This document shows positions 27,741 to 37,976 of a stretch of DNA of 64,000 nucleotides, one piece after another; position 1 is the first letter of the stretch, and each line of letters opens with the position of its first letter. The notes under the pieces were generated by a model. It saw nothing but the letters and a program-made list of their open reading frames with translations, did no database searches and was not told the DNA's origin. The stretch covers positions 133,267 to 197,266 of the forward strand of contig CAYZIJ010000001.1 in the NCBI GenBank assembly GCA_964478365.1. The letters run 5' to 3'. Made by a program: the position numbers and the translations under genes. Source of the DNA: an uncultured Terricaulis sp. (GTDB lineage: Bacteria; Pseudomonadota; Alphaproteobacteria; Caulobacterales; Aquidulcibacteraceae).

Positions 27741-28699
27741 TACGCGCCCCCCAACAGCATACGCGGGCCACCGGCCAGCGTCGGATGTACGCGCACGGCC
27801 ATACGATGCGGCACGCGCATATCGATGTGGCTTAGCGGACGATCGAGCAGAGCATGCTGCGATTGCAAACGCTCCAAGCGCACCAGCGCGTCCGCGGCGC
27901 CCTGCTCAGGCAGCGCAACAATGGCGCCCGACATCAGTTCGATATTCCAGCGGCGATCGCTGACGCGCGTGATCGACTGCAAGCGCTCACGCACTTGCGG
28001 CAAGCTTTCGAGCGCAATCAACAGCGGCTCGACAGCAGGGCCAGCGCCCGCGCCAATCACCAACGGCAGATCCGGATGATCAGCAGCGCGCTCGGCCAGC
28101 AAGCGCTCACCGTTCACATCGATGACGGAAACTTCGCCGTCCTCTTGCCAAACCGCGTATTCCTGGCGGCGCTGCACTTCGACAACCATGGTCGACGGCC
28201 ACAAGCGGCGCACGCGCGCGGATGCGACCCAGTCAAGGCTCTCAATGCGAGTCTGCACATCTCGCGGATCGAGCGAAAGAACAGATTGGCGCCCTTCCGG
28301 CACGATCAGCGCACGCACTTCCGCCGCGCGTTGCGGCGAGATTGCAGGCGCGCCATCAATGGCGGCGACTTCCACATTGGCAATCTCGAAGCCTGCGTTT
28401 GCCGCAACGCCATCAGCGCCGCGCGCGAACGCTTCGCGATAGTCGAACAGCGACGAACCCAGCCAAGCAGCGCCGGCAATGCCTGCACCGATGAACAGCA
28501 CAGCGCCGGTCAGCGCCAACACTAAGCTACGCGGCGTGACTTGCACGTCGTCGTTCGAGAGACCGCCTGAGAGCTTGATGCGCGCAATGCGCGGCATCGA
28601 CTCGTGTGGCGACGGTCCACTCGCACGCGTCGGACCACGGCGCTTACCGCCACGTTGGGGTTCTTGGCCGCGACCGCGGCGCGCTTTTACCGCGGCCAT
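27740..28699 (-). CDS. ftsQ: Cell division protein FtsQ
   Basis: TM segment, POTRA region ([17 protein letters not shown]), RRWNI, IDMRVP. Confidence 0.92.
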   Translation of the reverse strand: MAAVKARRGRGQEPQRGGKRRGPTRASGPSPHESMPRIARIKLSGGLSNDDVQVTPRSLVLALTGAVLFIGAGIAGAAWLGSSLFDYREAFARGADGVAANAGFEIANVEVAAIDGAPAISPQRAAEVRALIVPEGRQSVLSLDPRDVQTRIESLDWVASARVRRLWPSTMVVEVQRRQEYAVWQEDGEVSVIDVNGERLLAERAADHPDLPLVIGAGAGPAVEPLLIALESLPQVRERLQSITRVSDRRWNIELMSGAIVALPEQGAADALVRLERLQSQHALLDRPLSHIDMRVPHRMAVRVHPTLAGGPRMLLGGA

Positions 28700-29607
28700 G
28701 ATGCGTCCTCCAAGATCCAGGCGACGAGCTCATCGTAAGACATGCCGACATGGCCGGCTTGTTCGGGCGTCAGCGAAGTCGGCGTCATGCCGGGCTGCGT
28801 GTTCACTTCGAGCAGCGCCAGGCGATTGCGTTTCGGATCGTAGCGGAAATCAGAACGCGTCACGCCGCGGCAGCCGAGCGCGCGGTGCGCTGCTTCAGCG
28901 GCGCGCATGCATTGCTCGGCAACGTCAGCAGGAATGTCAGCCGGCACAACGTGGCGCGAGCCGCCGCTCGAGTACTTGGCGTCGAAATCGTACCAATCAC
29001 CATCGCTGGTGATGAAAATCTCAGTGACCGCCAGCGCGCCGCGCCCGTGCATCACAGCGACGGTCAATTCCTTACCGTCGATAAACTCTTCGACGAGCAC
29101 TTCCTCGCCGAACGTCCAATCCGGATCGAGCAATTGCTCTGGCGGACGGTTCGCGCCTTCGCGCACGATAAAGATGCCGACAGACGAGCCCTGCGCGTTC
29201 GGCTTCACAACATAAGGCGCCGGCATCGGATGCGCTTTCGCGGCTTCGAGGCGATGCATCAGCTTGCCATTGGCGAGCGGTAGGCCCGCTTGCGCGAACA
29301 CGGCCTTCGACTTGTCTTTGTCCATTGCCAGCGCGGACGGGAGGCAACCGGAATGCGTGTATGGCAGCTGAAGATAGTCGAGCACGCCTTGCGTGCGCCC
29401 ATCTTCGCCCCACTCACCGTGCAGTGCGTTGAAAACTTTATCGACGCGCGCGGCCTGCAGATCCGAAATCCAGTTCGGATTCTGAGGATCGATCTCGATC
29501 ACATCGTGACCAAGTCTGCGCAGCGCAGCCGCGCAACCAGCGCCCGAGCTTAAGCTCACAGGACGCTCGGGGCTTAAGCCCCCAAGAAGCACCGCCACCC
29601 GGGCCAT
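28687..29607 (-). CDS. ddl: D-alanine--D-alanine ligase
   Basis: [46 protein letters not shown]. Confidence 0.98.
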   Translation of the reverse strand: MARVAVLLGGLSPERPVSLSSGAGCAAALRRLGHDVIEIDPQNPNWISDLQAARVDKVFNALHGEWGEDGRTQGVLDYLQLPYTHSGCLPSALAMDKDKSKAVFAQAGLPLANGKLMHRLEAAKAHPMPAPYVVKPNAQGSSVGIFIVREGANRPPEQLLDPDWTFGEEVLVEEFIDGKELTVAVMHGRGALAVTEIFITSDGDWYDFDAKYSSGGSRHVVPADIPADVAEQCMRAAEAAHRALGCRGVTRSDFRYDPKRNRLALLEVNTQPGMTPTSLTPEQAGHVGMSYDELVAWILEDASWPR

Positions 29608-29735
29608 TCGCGCCTCACCAACCAAACCACCAACCCGGCCGTACGCTTTTTCTGCGCTCAGTCCGGAGTGTCATAATGAAACGCATCGCGGTTAAGGCAT
29701 GATGATGACGCGCACTTTAGTTGCTGATTTTTATG

Positions 29736-29750
29736 GTAAATTTGCGCTAA
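29736..29750 (-). promoter_or_regulatory. Possible CtrA box upstream of ddl-ftsQA
   Basis: TTAG-cgcaaat-TTAC on the minus strand versus TTAA-N7-TTAA, inside an AT-rich intergenic region. Confidence 0.4.
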
Positions 29751-29972
29751 GTTGCATGAGCGCGGCATTCACCATGATGAGCAAAACGTGAGCGCGCAGC
29801 GGCCTCGCGCCAGCATTTTCCCGCTGCAGAGCTAACAAACGACGAGCGCACCTACCGCAAACTGTGATGACGTTAGGCGCGGCGCACCTGTTCACGTTAA
29901 TGCGCGTTCACTGCCCGCACGCGCCGCAGCGCGTCGCTCTGCGCCGCGAACTCAATCTAACAGGACAAATTA

Positions 29973-30482
29973 ATGCGCCTTACCGCACTCGCACTGGCGG
30001 TCCTCGCCGCTGCGTGCACGCAACCGGCTGAGCACAACGGCGTCGACATGGGACCGATGCCAGTCGTTGCAGCACTTTACGATTCAGGCCCGCTCTCAAG
30101 CGATGCGGAATATCTTAGCGTCTGGTTCACGCAAGAAATGGCCAACGCCCTCGCCGCGAACGCGACCAGCCCTGAAGCCGAGCGCATCGACTTCGACTAT
30201 CGCTCGTGGGCGATCGATCCCGAAGTTGACGACATTCGTTACGCAGTCGGCCAACACGCCGAACCGCGCCTTACAGAGATCAGCACGCGCTTTGGATACG
30301 ACGGCATTCCCGGTGGCATGATCCTCACCTGGGATATGTGCCGCCGCGCCGACGGCGAGTGGCGCATCGCCAACGTCACGGCAGTGGCGATCTCCGACGA
30401 ACCCAACCCAGTGGCTGCTGACCCGGTGTCGTTGCGGCCGATGATTGGCCTCGATCCGACGCTGCCGGAGACGTGCGTCTAA
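29973..30482 (+). CDS. Hypothetical lipoprotein (DUF3828/NTF2-like by appearance)
   Basis: Lipobox LAAC. WFTQEMANAL, IDFDY, EWRIANV. Confidence 0.7.
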   Translation: MRLTALALAVLAAACTQPAEHNGVDMGPMPVVAALYDSGPLSSDAEYLSVWFTQEMANALAANATSPEAERIDFDYRSWAIDPEVDDIRYAVGQHAEPRLTEISTRFGYDGIPGGMILTWDMCRRADGEWRIANVTAVAISDEPNPVAADPVSLRPMIGLDPTLPETCV

Positions 30483-30601
30483 ACACGCCACTGTCTGAAA
30501 AACTGGCGGAGCGCCCGTGAAATGGGCGCCCGCTCCTTATCCCAAAGCGCGCAGCGTTGACCGCCTTGGCGGCGCTGCGCGCAAAGGCCAGCACAGATGC
30601 G

Positions 30602-31213
30602 ATGACATCTCGCATCTTGCTCGCCTACCCCGAAGCCGCCGCTTCCCAAGCGCGAACCGTCGCCGCGAAGCTCGGCGCGCTTGGTTATGAGGTCAGCGCG
30701 CTCGGTCCGCGTACGCGGGGCGACAAGATCGTGATGCTCTGGTCTCGCGCAGCGTGGGGGACGCCTGCGCTCAGGGCGGCGGCGCGCCGTGCGCATGCGG
30801 CGGGGAAACTCGTGTGCATTCGCTTGGACGCTGCGCCGCCGCCCGTACGCGGCGCAAAGCTCTCGCGCTTGCCGCGCGGCCGCGCAGATCAAGACGCGTG
30901 GCGACGCTTGCTCCATCCCACAGCGCGACCGCTCGCGATCGCGCGGAAAGAGGTGCGAAGGCCCGCACCGCGCACCAAGCGCGCCATGCCACGCTCGGCG
31001 TTCGCCCCAAGCGCGCTGGCGGCGCCCCAGGAGTCTGCTTCCATGAAAGAGAAGAACAGCCGCGGCTTCGCGATCGCCCTGACGCTGACGATACTGGCGA
31101 TCGGGGCGACGGGGTACTTCTATCAACGCGACGCGCGGGTGGCCGGACCGATCGATCAGGCCGCCAACAGCTTCTACGCCGAAGCCAGCAAGCTCGCGGC
31201 GCTCGCGCCCTAA
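30602..31213 (+). CDS. Degenerate TIR-like domain protein with C-terminal TM helix
   Basis: RILLAYPEA..A..VAAKLGALGYEV...IVMLWSRAAWG...KLVCIRLDAAPPP follows the TIR_2 layout with no catalytic Glu. TM segment FAIALTLTILAIGATGYFY. Confidence 0.6.
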   Translation: MTSRILLAYPEAAASQARTVAAKLGALGYEVSALGPRTRGDKIVMLWSRAAWGTPALRAAARRAHAAGKLVCIRLDAAPPPVRGAKLSRLPRGRADQDAWRRLLHPTARPLAIARKEVRRPAPRTKRAMPRSAFAPSALAAPQESASMKEKNSRGFAIALTLTILAIGATGYFYQRDARVAGPIDQAANSFYAEASKLAALAP

Positions 31214-31214
31214 G

Positions 31215-31994
31215 TCACGGATCGTTTGGCCAGGCGTACTCGTAGACGCGCTTCAAATGCGCAGCGTGCAACGTGCGCGCTTCGTCGCTATCAGCGCCCT
31301 CCAAAAAGCAATGCTTCTGGAAATAGCCGCGGCCCGGCACGCCTTCTTTACTGACCACCAACGCGAACAGAGGCGGCTCACGGCGCGCGCGATTCTGATC
31401 GGCAATCGCGTCGAGCGCGCCATAGAGCGCCTCGAATGATGTCTTCGTGCCGCGTGCCCAGGCGCTTGCGACGGTGCCGAACGCCTTGCGATAGCTGATC
31501 GGCTCACCACCCTTGCGCGCTGTGCGCACCAACAAAGCACGCAGCCGTGCGACGACTTCGGGGTTCTCGCCGCCGGCGCGCTCTTTCAGCTTCGCCGCCA
31601 ACTTGTGACCAACGAGCCGCTCCATGCCTTCGGCCAGTTGCAGCAAGCCCTTATGGTCATTGCCGCCCGCCCAATCGGTCATATTCGCCATGTGCAAATG
31701 AGCGAGGTGCGCGGGCGGATCGCACGGCGCCCAAACCGCGGGCACAAGCACGTCACGACGCAAGCCAACTTCAACCTCATTGCGCACCCATCGCGACTGC
31801 GCCGCTTCATCCGTCCAACAGACGACGATGCACTTGGCCTTCTCGGCCACGCCCATGATCCGCTCATGCCACTTCTCGCCGGCGCCGAGCGCAGCGTCGT
31901 GCCAGACGGACAGATGAAATTCTTTGAGCAGGCTCGCCAGACGATCGACGCGAACGTGGTCTTCCCGTTTGTACGAGATGAACACATCCGTCAT
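31215..31994 (-). CDS. TIR_2 domain protein fused to a winged-helix-like domain
   Basis: TDVFISYKRED, LSVWHD, KCIVVCWT, SRWVRNE (catalytic Glu position), VLVP. C-terminal ISY...EPPLFALVVSKEGVPGRGYF. Confidence 0.88.
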   Translation of the reverse strand: MTDVFISYKREDHVRVDRLASLLKEFHLSVWHDAALGAGEKWHERIMGVAEKAKCIVVCWTDEAAQSRWVRNEVEVGLRRDVLVPAVWAPCDPPAHLAHLHMANMTDWAGGNDHKGLLQLAEGMERLVGHKLAAKLKERAGGENPEVVARLRALLVRTARKGGEPISYRKAFGTVASAWARGTKTSFEALYGALDAIADQNRARREPPLFALVVSKEGVPGRGYFQKHCFLEGADSDEARTLHAAHLKRVYEYAWPNDP

Positions 31995-32006
31995 CGCGCT
32001 CGCGCC

Positions 32007-33161
32007 TTAGCCCAGAGCTTCGCGCAGATCTTCGATCAGGTCTTCGACATCCTCGATGCCAACGGAGAGGCGCACTAAGCCATCAGTGATGCCGAGCGCT
32101 TCGCGCAGCGGCTTATCGATCGAGGCGTGCGTCATGATCGCCGGATGCTCGATGAGCGATTCAACACCGCCGAGTGATTCCGCCAGCGAGAAGAGCTTCA
32201 CGCGTTCCAGGAATGAACGCGCGGCCGGCAAGCCGCCCTTCAGCGTCGTCGTGATCATGCCGCCATAGCCGCCGATCATTTGCTTCTTAGCGATCTCGTG
32301 CTGCGGGTGATCGGTGCGGCCAGGATAAATCACGCGCTCGATCTGCGGCTGCGCGGCAAGGAAATCCGCAATCTTGGTCGCATTATCGCAATGGCGCTGC
32401 ACGCGCACCTGTAGCGTCTTGGTCGAGCGCAACAGCAAGAACGCATCCCACGGCGCCATTACAGCGCCGACGGCGTTCTGCGTGAACTTCAAACGCTGCG
32501 CGATGTCGTCATCATTGGCGACGAGCACGCCACCAATCACGTCCGAGTGGCCGCCGATATATTTGGTGCATGAGTGCAGCACGATGTCTGCGCCAAGCGA
32601 GAGCGGGTTCTGCAGGACTGGCGATGCGAACGTATTGTCAACGCCGACGATCGCGCCCTTTGCCTTGGCGATGCGCGACACAGCTTGGATATCGATGATT
32701 TTCAGCAGCGGATTGGTCGGCGTTTCGATCCAGCAGAGCTTGGTCTTTGCCGTGAATGCCGCCTCTGTCGCGTCGAGATCGGTCATGTCGACGCGCGTGT
32801 AGGTAATGCCGAACTGCTTGAAGACCTTATCGAGCGTGCGGAACGTACCGCCATAAACGTCATCGCAGAGCACAACGTGATCGCCGCTCTGCAGCAAATG
32901 CACGCACGCCGCCAACGCCGCGAGACCAGACGCGAACATCATGCCGTGACGCCCGCCTTCGAGTGACGCGATGTTCTCCTCCAGCGCCTTGCGCGTCGGG
33001 TTAGCCGAGCGCGCATAATCGTAATCATCGATGATCACGCCAGGGCTTTGCTGGACGTAGGTCGAGGTTTGATAGACCGGCGTCATGATCGCGCCCGTCG
33101 TGGGATCGGGGCGCTGACCGGCATGGATGGCGCGGGTGGCGAAGCGTTTGTTGTGGTGCAT
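32007..33161 (-). CDS. Cystathionine gamma-lyase/synthase (Cys/Met metabolism PLP enzyme)
   Basis: YARSANPTR, FASGLAA, IETPTNP, VDNTFASP, HSCTKYIGGHSD, LAESLGGVESL. Confidence 0.95.
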   Translation of the reverse strand: MHHNKRFATRAIHAGQRPDPTTGAIMTPVYQTSTYVQQSPGVIIDDYDYARSANPTRKALEENIASLEGGRHGMMFASGLAALAACVHLLQSGDHVVLCDDVYGGTFRTLDKVFKQFGITYTRVDMTDLDATEAAFTAKTKLCWIETPTNPLLKIIDIQAVSRIAKAKGAIVGVDNTFASPVLQNPLSLGADIVLHSCTKYIGGHSDVIGGVLVANDDDIAQRLKFTQNAVGAVMAPWDAFLLLRSTKTLQVRVQRHCDNATKIADFLAAQPQIERVIYPGRTDHPQHEIAKKQMIGGYGGMITTTLKGGLPAARSFLERVKLFSLAESLGGVESLIEHPAIMTHASIDKPLREALGITDGLVRLSVGIEDVEDLIEDLREALG

Positions 33162-33164
33162 GGC

Positions 33165-34532
33165 TTAGCGGCCCTTGCCTGCGAGATGCTCGATCAGATC
33201 GATCTTCGAAACGACGCCAACGACATTCGACGCGTCCACCACCACCGCGACGTGATCGGTCGCGAAAATGTGGAAGAGCTCTTCGATGCGCGCCTTCGGA
33301 TAGATAAGACCAGCGATCGGCGACGCGACAGACTTGGCCGGCGCGTCAAGGCTGAAGTCCTTCGACTGCATCTTCGCCAAAATATCGCTCTCGTGGACGA
33401 TAGCGTTGAGCTTGCCGCGTTCGATCAGCGGAACTTGGCTGACGCCATTCTCGCGCATGAGATTGACGATAGTGCGCAGCGGCGCCTCAGCGTCCGCCGT
33501 GATCGGCTTACCGGTGCGGCCCTTCAGCAATTCTTCGACAAATCCCATCTCGCGCGCGGTTTCGTTGAAGCCGTGCTCCTTCATCCAAACGTCGGAGAGG
33601 AATTTCGAAATGTAGCGGTTGCCGTGATCCGGCAGCACGGTGACGACCACCTTGCCCGGTCCAAGCTCCTTGGCGATCTCAAGCGCCACCGCCATGTTCG
33701 AGCCCGACGAGCCGCCGCAGAAGAGGCCTTCTTCCTTCACCAAGCGACGCGCCAGCATGAAGCTGTCGCGATCGTTCACTTGGCGCATGTCGTCAACGAC
33801 GGAGAAATCCATGGCGCGGCATTCGATGTCCTCGCCGATGCCTTCGACCATATAGACGTGCGCCGTCGGCAGCGTCTTAGTGTGGAAGAGATGATAGTGC
33901 ACCGAACCCAGCGGGTCGGCGCCGATGATCTTCACATGCGGCGCATGCTCTTTGAAGAAGCGGCCGACGCCGGAGACCGTACCGCCCGTACCGGTGCCGC
34001 CGACGAAGGCGTCAAACTTGCCGCCATCCGTATCTTCAAAAATTTCGCGGCCGGTTGAGTGATAGTGCGCCTCGATGTTCCACTGCGAGTGATACTGATC
34101 GACGTAAAACGCGCCCTTCTCTTCGGCGATGCGCTTGGCGACGTTGACGTAGTGCTCCGGTGAATCGCCAGGCACGTCAGTCGGCGTGATGATGACTTCG
34201 GCGCCGTATGCGCGGAGAGAGTCTTGCTTCTCCTTGCTCATCTTGTCCGGCATCGTGAAGATGCAGCGATAGCCTTTCACCGCCGCCGCCATCGCAAGGC
34301 CTTGGCCGGTATTGCCCGACGTGTTCTCAACGATGAGCCCGCCCGGCTTCAGGATGCCAGCTTCTTCAGCGCGCTCGATAATGTAAGCGGCCATGCGGTC
34401 TTTGATCGAACCGGCCGGGTTCAGATATTCGCACTTCACCCAGATCTCAGCCGAGTCCTTCGGCACAATCTTGTTGAGCTTGACGAGCGGCGTCTTGCCA
34501 ATCGCGGCGAGGATGTTCGGTTTGAGATTCAT
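33165..34532 (-). CDS. Cystathionine beta-synthase with C-terminal CBS domains
   Basis: NPAGSIKDR, ENTSGNTG, GTGTGGT, EGIGED, GGSSG, LPDHGNRYISK and a CBS pair. Confidence 0.93.
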   Translation of the reverse strand: MNLKPNILAAIGKTPLVKLNKIVPKDSAEIWVKCEYLNPAGSIKDRMAAYIIERAEEAGILKPGGLIVENTSGNTGQGLAMAAAVKGYRCIFTMPDKMSKEKQDSLRAYGAEVIITPTDVPGDSPEHYVNVAKRIAEEKGAFYVDQYHSQWNIEAHYHSTGREIFEDTDGGKFDAFVGGTGTGGTVSGVGRFFKEHAPHVKIIGADPLGSVHYHLFHTKTLPTAHVYMVEGIGEDIECRAMDFSVVDDMRQVNDRDSFMLARRLVKEEGLFCGGSSGSNMAVALEIAKELGPGKVVVTVLPDHGNRYISKFLSDVWMKEHGFNETAREMGFVEELLKGRTGKPITADAEAPLRTIVNLMRENGVSQVPLIERGKLNAIVHESDILAKMQSKDFSLDAPAKSVASPIAGLIYPKARIEELFHIFATDHVAVVVDASNVVGVVSKIDLIEHLAGKGR

Positions 34533-34646
34533 TGGGGCCGATCCGTTGTTTGCGCGGGGTTTAGAGCCACGCGGGCCGAAAAGCCACTCCGGAGCGCCGC
34601 AAATTCTGGGCGATACGGCGCCGAAACGCCGCATCGCAGCGCTTCG

Positions 34647-35561
34647 CTATTGCGAACGCCCGATCCGCTTGATTTCCCACTCAAGCTCAATGCCGTGCTT
34701 GGCTTTCACTGCGGCGCGCACATCTTCGCCGAGGCCCTCAATATCAGCCGCTGTTGCGTCGCCGGTATTGATCAAGAAGTTCGCGTGCTTTTCGCTCACC
34801 TGCGCACCGCCGCGCCGATAGCCGCGCATTCCGGCTTCGTCATTCAGCATCCAAGCCGAGAGCTTCGACCCATCAGGACCGATCGGATTTTTGAATGTCG
34901 AGCCACCAGTCTTTTCACGGATCGGCTGCGAGCCTTCGCGCTTGGCCGTGATCTCCGCCATCCGCGCGCTAATCTCTTCCGGTTCGCCCGGCGTTCCTTG
35001 AAAGGTGGCGTCGAGAAAGATGTAGCCTTCGGGCAGCGCGTTGTGGCGATAGGTGAAACCGAAATCGGCATGGGCGAGCGTCACACGATGGCCTTTGCGA
35101 TCGAGCGCCGTTGCTTCAACCAAGATGTCCGTCGTCTCGCGACCATAGCAACCAGCATTCATCGTCAGCGCACCGCCAACCGTGCCTGGCACGCCGACAT
35201 AAAACTCCAGGCCGGCGAAGCCCGCTTTCGCAGCGCCTTTCGCCACCATCGAATCCAGAGCGCCTGCGCCCGCTTTGATGCGCGCGTCGCCAAGCGGTTC
35301 GATCTGCGCGAACTGGCGACCCGCCAAGCGGATCACCACGCCCGCCACACCGTGGTCGCGGACGATCATGTTCGACCCGACGCCAATCGGCAGGATCGGT
35401 ACGTCATGCGACAGGTTCGCCAGAAACTGCGCGAGGTCATCCGCATCCGCCGGCAGGAATAGCGCGTCCGCGGGCCCGCCCACCCGGAACCAAGTGAAGG
35501 GCGCCAGGCTTTCGCCTTTAAGCAGCTGGCCGCGCACGGGCGGCAGGTCGATATCACTCAT
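34647..35561 (-). CDS. murB: UDP-N-acetylenolpyruvoylglucosamine reductase
   Basis: [44 protein letters not shown]. Confidence 0.98.
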   Translation of the reverse strand: MSDIDLPPVRGQLLKGESLAPFTWFRVGGPADALFLPADADDLAQFLANLSHDVPILPIGVGSNMIVRDHGVAGVVIRLAGRQFAQIEPLGDARIKAGAGALDSMVAKGAAKAGFAGLEFYVGVPGTVGGALTMNAGCYGRETTDILVEATALDRKGHRVTLAHADFGFTYRHNALPEGYIFLDATFQGTPGEPEEISARMAEITAKREGSQPIREKTGGSTFKNPIGPDGSKLSAWMLNDEAGMRGYRRGGAQVSEKHANFLINTGDATAADIEGLGEDVRAAVKAKHGIELEWEIKRIGRSQ

Positions 35562-35665
35562 TGTTGAATGGCTATGTCATGCTTCAGGGGGCTGAGAAAG
35601 CGGCTGTGGCCCGTAACATACTCATCTCGCGCCACGCCGGCCGGGCTCACTTGGAGGTTCTACCC

Positions 35666-36037
35666 ATGATCCGCAATGGATTGATCGCCATCGCCGGTGC
35701 GATCGCACTGACCGCCTGCGCCAGCACGACGGCGCAGCAAAGCGCAGACGGGCGCGATTGCTTTTATGTCCGCAGCGTGCGCGGCTACGAAGTGGTCGAT
35801 GATCGCACCATACTCGTCCGCATCAGCGATCAGCAGCGCTACCACCTAACCACCGTCACCCCCATCGAAAACGCGCTCGACTATTCGTCGCGCATAGCGA
35901 TCGACGCGCCGGGCGGCTTCGTTTGCACCGGCGGCGGCGCTGGCGTTGAGATCCTTGGCGGCCGCGATCGACGCTCGTTCTTCGTCAATTCCGTAACGCG
36001 CGCGCCGGCCGAGGCCGATGCGCCCAGCGGCTCATAA
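35666..36037 (+). CDS. Small lipoprotein (DUF6491-like), paralog of next gene
   Basis: GGAGG RBS, lipobox LTAC, RDCFYVRSVRGY, DDRTILVR. Confidence 0.8.
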   Translation: MIRNGLIAIAGAIALTACASTTAQQSADGRDCFYVRSVRGYEVVDDRTILVRISDQQRYHLTTVTPIENALDYSSRIAIDAPGGFVCTGGGAGVEILGGRDRRSFFVNSVTRAPAEADAPSGS

Positions 36038-36047
36038 GGAGGCACTC

Positions 36048-36401
36048 ATGCGAACTTCTCTTCTCGCTCTCGCGGCAGCGTTTGCGCTCTCTGCCTGCGC
36101 CACTGAAGGCGCGACCCAAGACGCCGCCGCGCGCGATTGCTTCTTTGCGAGCACCGTGAGTGGCTACAGTGTCATCGACAACAGCACCGTCGAAGTTCGC
36201 GCCGGCAGCGACCGCTATCGCCTGACGACGCTCTTCAACGCGCGTGATCTGGATTGGACGCAAAACATTGCCATTCGCTCGACCACCGGCTCGATCTGTA
36301 CCGGCAATGGCAATGGTGTCGAAATCATCGGCGGCGAACCGCAGCGCACTTACCCAGTGCAATCAATCGCCCGCGCACCGGAACCAGTTCAAGGCAGCTG
36401 A
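36048..36401 (+). CDS. Small lipoprotein (DUF6491-like)
   Basis: AGGAGG RBS, lipobox LSAC, RDCFFASTVSGY. Confidence 0.8.
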   Translation: MRTSLLALAAAFALSACATEGATQDAAARDCFFASTVSGYSVIDNSTVEVRAGSDRYRLTTLFNARDLDWTQNIAIRSTTGSICTGNGNGVEIIGGEPQRTYPVQSIARAPEPVQGS

Positions 36402-37262
36402 TCAGGACGCGATCGGCAGACCTGCGCGCAACGCAATGCGCTGCAATGCGCCTTTTACGATGACGTCGAGCTGGCTGCCGGGAAGGTAGTCAGCCGGCGC
36501 CACGTAGTTCACGCGATCTTCCGCGATCAGCAAGTGAATGTGACTCACCTTTAGCGGATCGTTCCACCGATCCGGATCAAGCACGGCAACGGCCGTGCCG
36601 CCCTGATCCGTCACCATCTTCATCGACGGAATGTCGGTATCGCCATCGCCGATAAAGATCATGCGCTCGAACGGCAGCGGACGTTCTTCCGGGCGCATCC
36701 AGCGATTGATTGCTTGCGTGTCCCAGACGTTCTCGATGCCTTTATTGATGCGGAAGAGAAACTGCGTCTTGTTGGTGTAGTTGACCGCAACCGCCGGCCA
36801 CACCGCCTCGCCCTTCTCATTATAGATAAAGCGCGACGCGAACACGCGCTTGAAGTGCGGATAGATCGAACAGCCCTCGATCATCTCCTCGATACACGAC
36901 GAGACGATGTAGTGATCGAGTTCGAGGTTCTGATCCTGCGCGAATGAGTCGATACGCGCGAACCAGCTCTCGACACCATCAAAGAACGACGGCTCCGACC
37001 CGTGCTGGCGCAAATGATCGCGCGTCACCGATTTGCCGAGCTTGCGCGATCGCTCTATCATCTGCTGCATGTAGACGAGAATTTCGTCGGCGTCGGATGT
37101 CTTGGCCAGACGCTTCACGTCCTTCCAGAACACGTCGTGATCGATCCCGAGGTCGGGAATGAACGAGTGTTCCTGCAGATTGCCGCGCGCGAGGGTGCCG
37201 TCGAAATCATAGATGACGGCTGCACGCAGCGGCTTCGGGGCGCGGTGAGCTGTATCAGGCAT
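36402..37262 (-). CDS. HAD-superfamily hydrolase
   Basis: YDFDGT (motif I), YIVSS, NKTQFLFRINKG, FIGDGDTDIP. Confidence 0.9.
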   Translation of the reverse strand: MPDTAHRAPKPLRAAVIYDFDGTLARGNLQEHSFIPDLGIDHDVFWKDVKRLAKTSDADEILVYMQQMIERSRKLGKSVTRDHLRQHGSEPSFFDGVESWFARIDSFAQDQNLELDHYIVSSCIEEMIEGCSIYPHFKRVFASRFIYNEKGEAVWPAVAVNYTNKTQFLFRINKGIENVWDTQAINRWMRPEERPLPFERMIFIGDGDTDIPSMKMVTDQGGTAVAVLDPDRWNDPLKVSHIHLLIAEDRVNYVAPADYLPGSQLDVIVKGALQRIALRAGLPIAS

Positions 37263-37317
37263 GCATCCGGGCTGCGCAGAGTCGCAGCCCGGGTCAATCG
37301 TTTCGCTGTGGATTACC

Positions 37318-37800
37318 TTAGCTCGCGGGCATCAGCCGGTCGCGGATGGCGCGGACGCGGGTGAGCAGCGGCTGAACCTCGCGAACATTGGCGCGGAATT
37401 CGAGCGACACGCTCTCGGCGCCTGCCGCATCCTCAACCGTCAGACCTTCCGCGCCGCCGTCGGCGCAATCGGGACAACCTACGACGTCAGGCAACGCATC
37501 AAAATCGGCAGCCGAGGCGAGGCGCTGGATGTCCTGCCACTCGCTTGTGCTCAGCGGCATAGAATAGCGTTGAGGCGGCAGCGAGTTAGGCGCGCCGCGG
37601 CCGCCACGCGCCAGACGCGTGAGCACAGCTTGGCCTTCGGTGATTTCAAGCTCCGTCGTGCAATAGCCAACACACATGCCGAACGACGTGGTGGAGAGCA
37701 CACGCGTCACCTCACCTTGCTGCGACGGCGCGGCGGCGCTTGCGCACGCGGAAAGGGCGAGCGCCAGGGCGAGTGCGGTTAGGGGCAGGAGTTTGGTCAT
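37318..37800 (-). CDS. Hypothetical lipoprotein
   Basis: Lipobox LSAC. FGMCVGYC and GCPDCADGG motifs. Confidence 0.8.
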   Translation of the reverse strand: MTKLLPLTALALALALSACASAAAPSQQGEVTRVLSTTSFGMCVGYCTTELEITEGQAVLTRLARGGRGAPNSLPPQRYSMPLSTSEWQDIQRLASAADFDALPDVVGCPDCADGGAEGLTVEDAAGAESVSLEFRANVREVQPLLTRVRAIRDRLMPAS

Positions 37801-37864
37801 GGAACGATCTTGTGCGGGGGTTGGGATGAGCGAGCGATGAACGACTTACGAGCATCACTCTGTC

Positions 37865-37967
37865 CGTCATTCCGGACGCGCCACAGGCGCGATCCGGAAC
37901 CCATGAGCCGACACTGCGTCGATTGCCCTGGGTTCCGGGCTCTCGCTCCGCGAGCCCCGGAATGACG
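37865..37967. repeat. REP-like element, CGTCAT family
   Basis: CGTCATTCCGG...CCGGAATGACG. Confidence 0.85.
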
Positions 37968-37976
37968 ATCGGGAAA

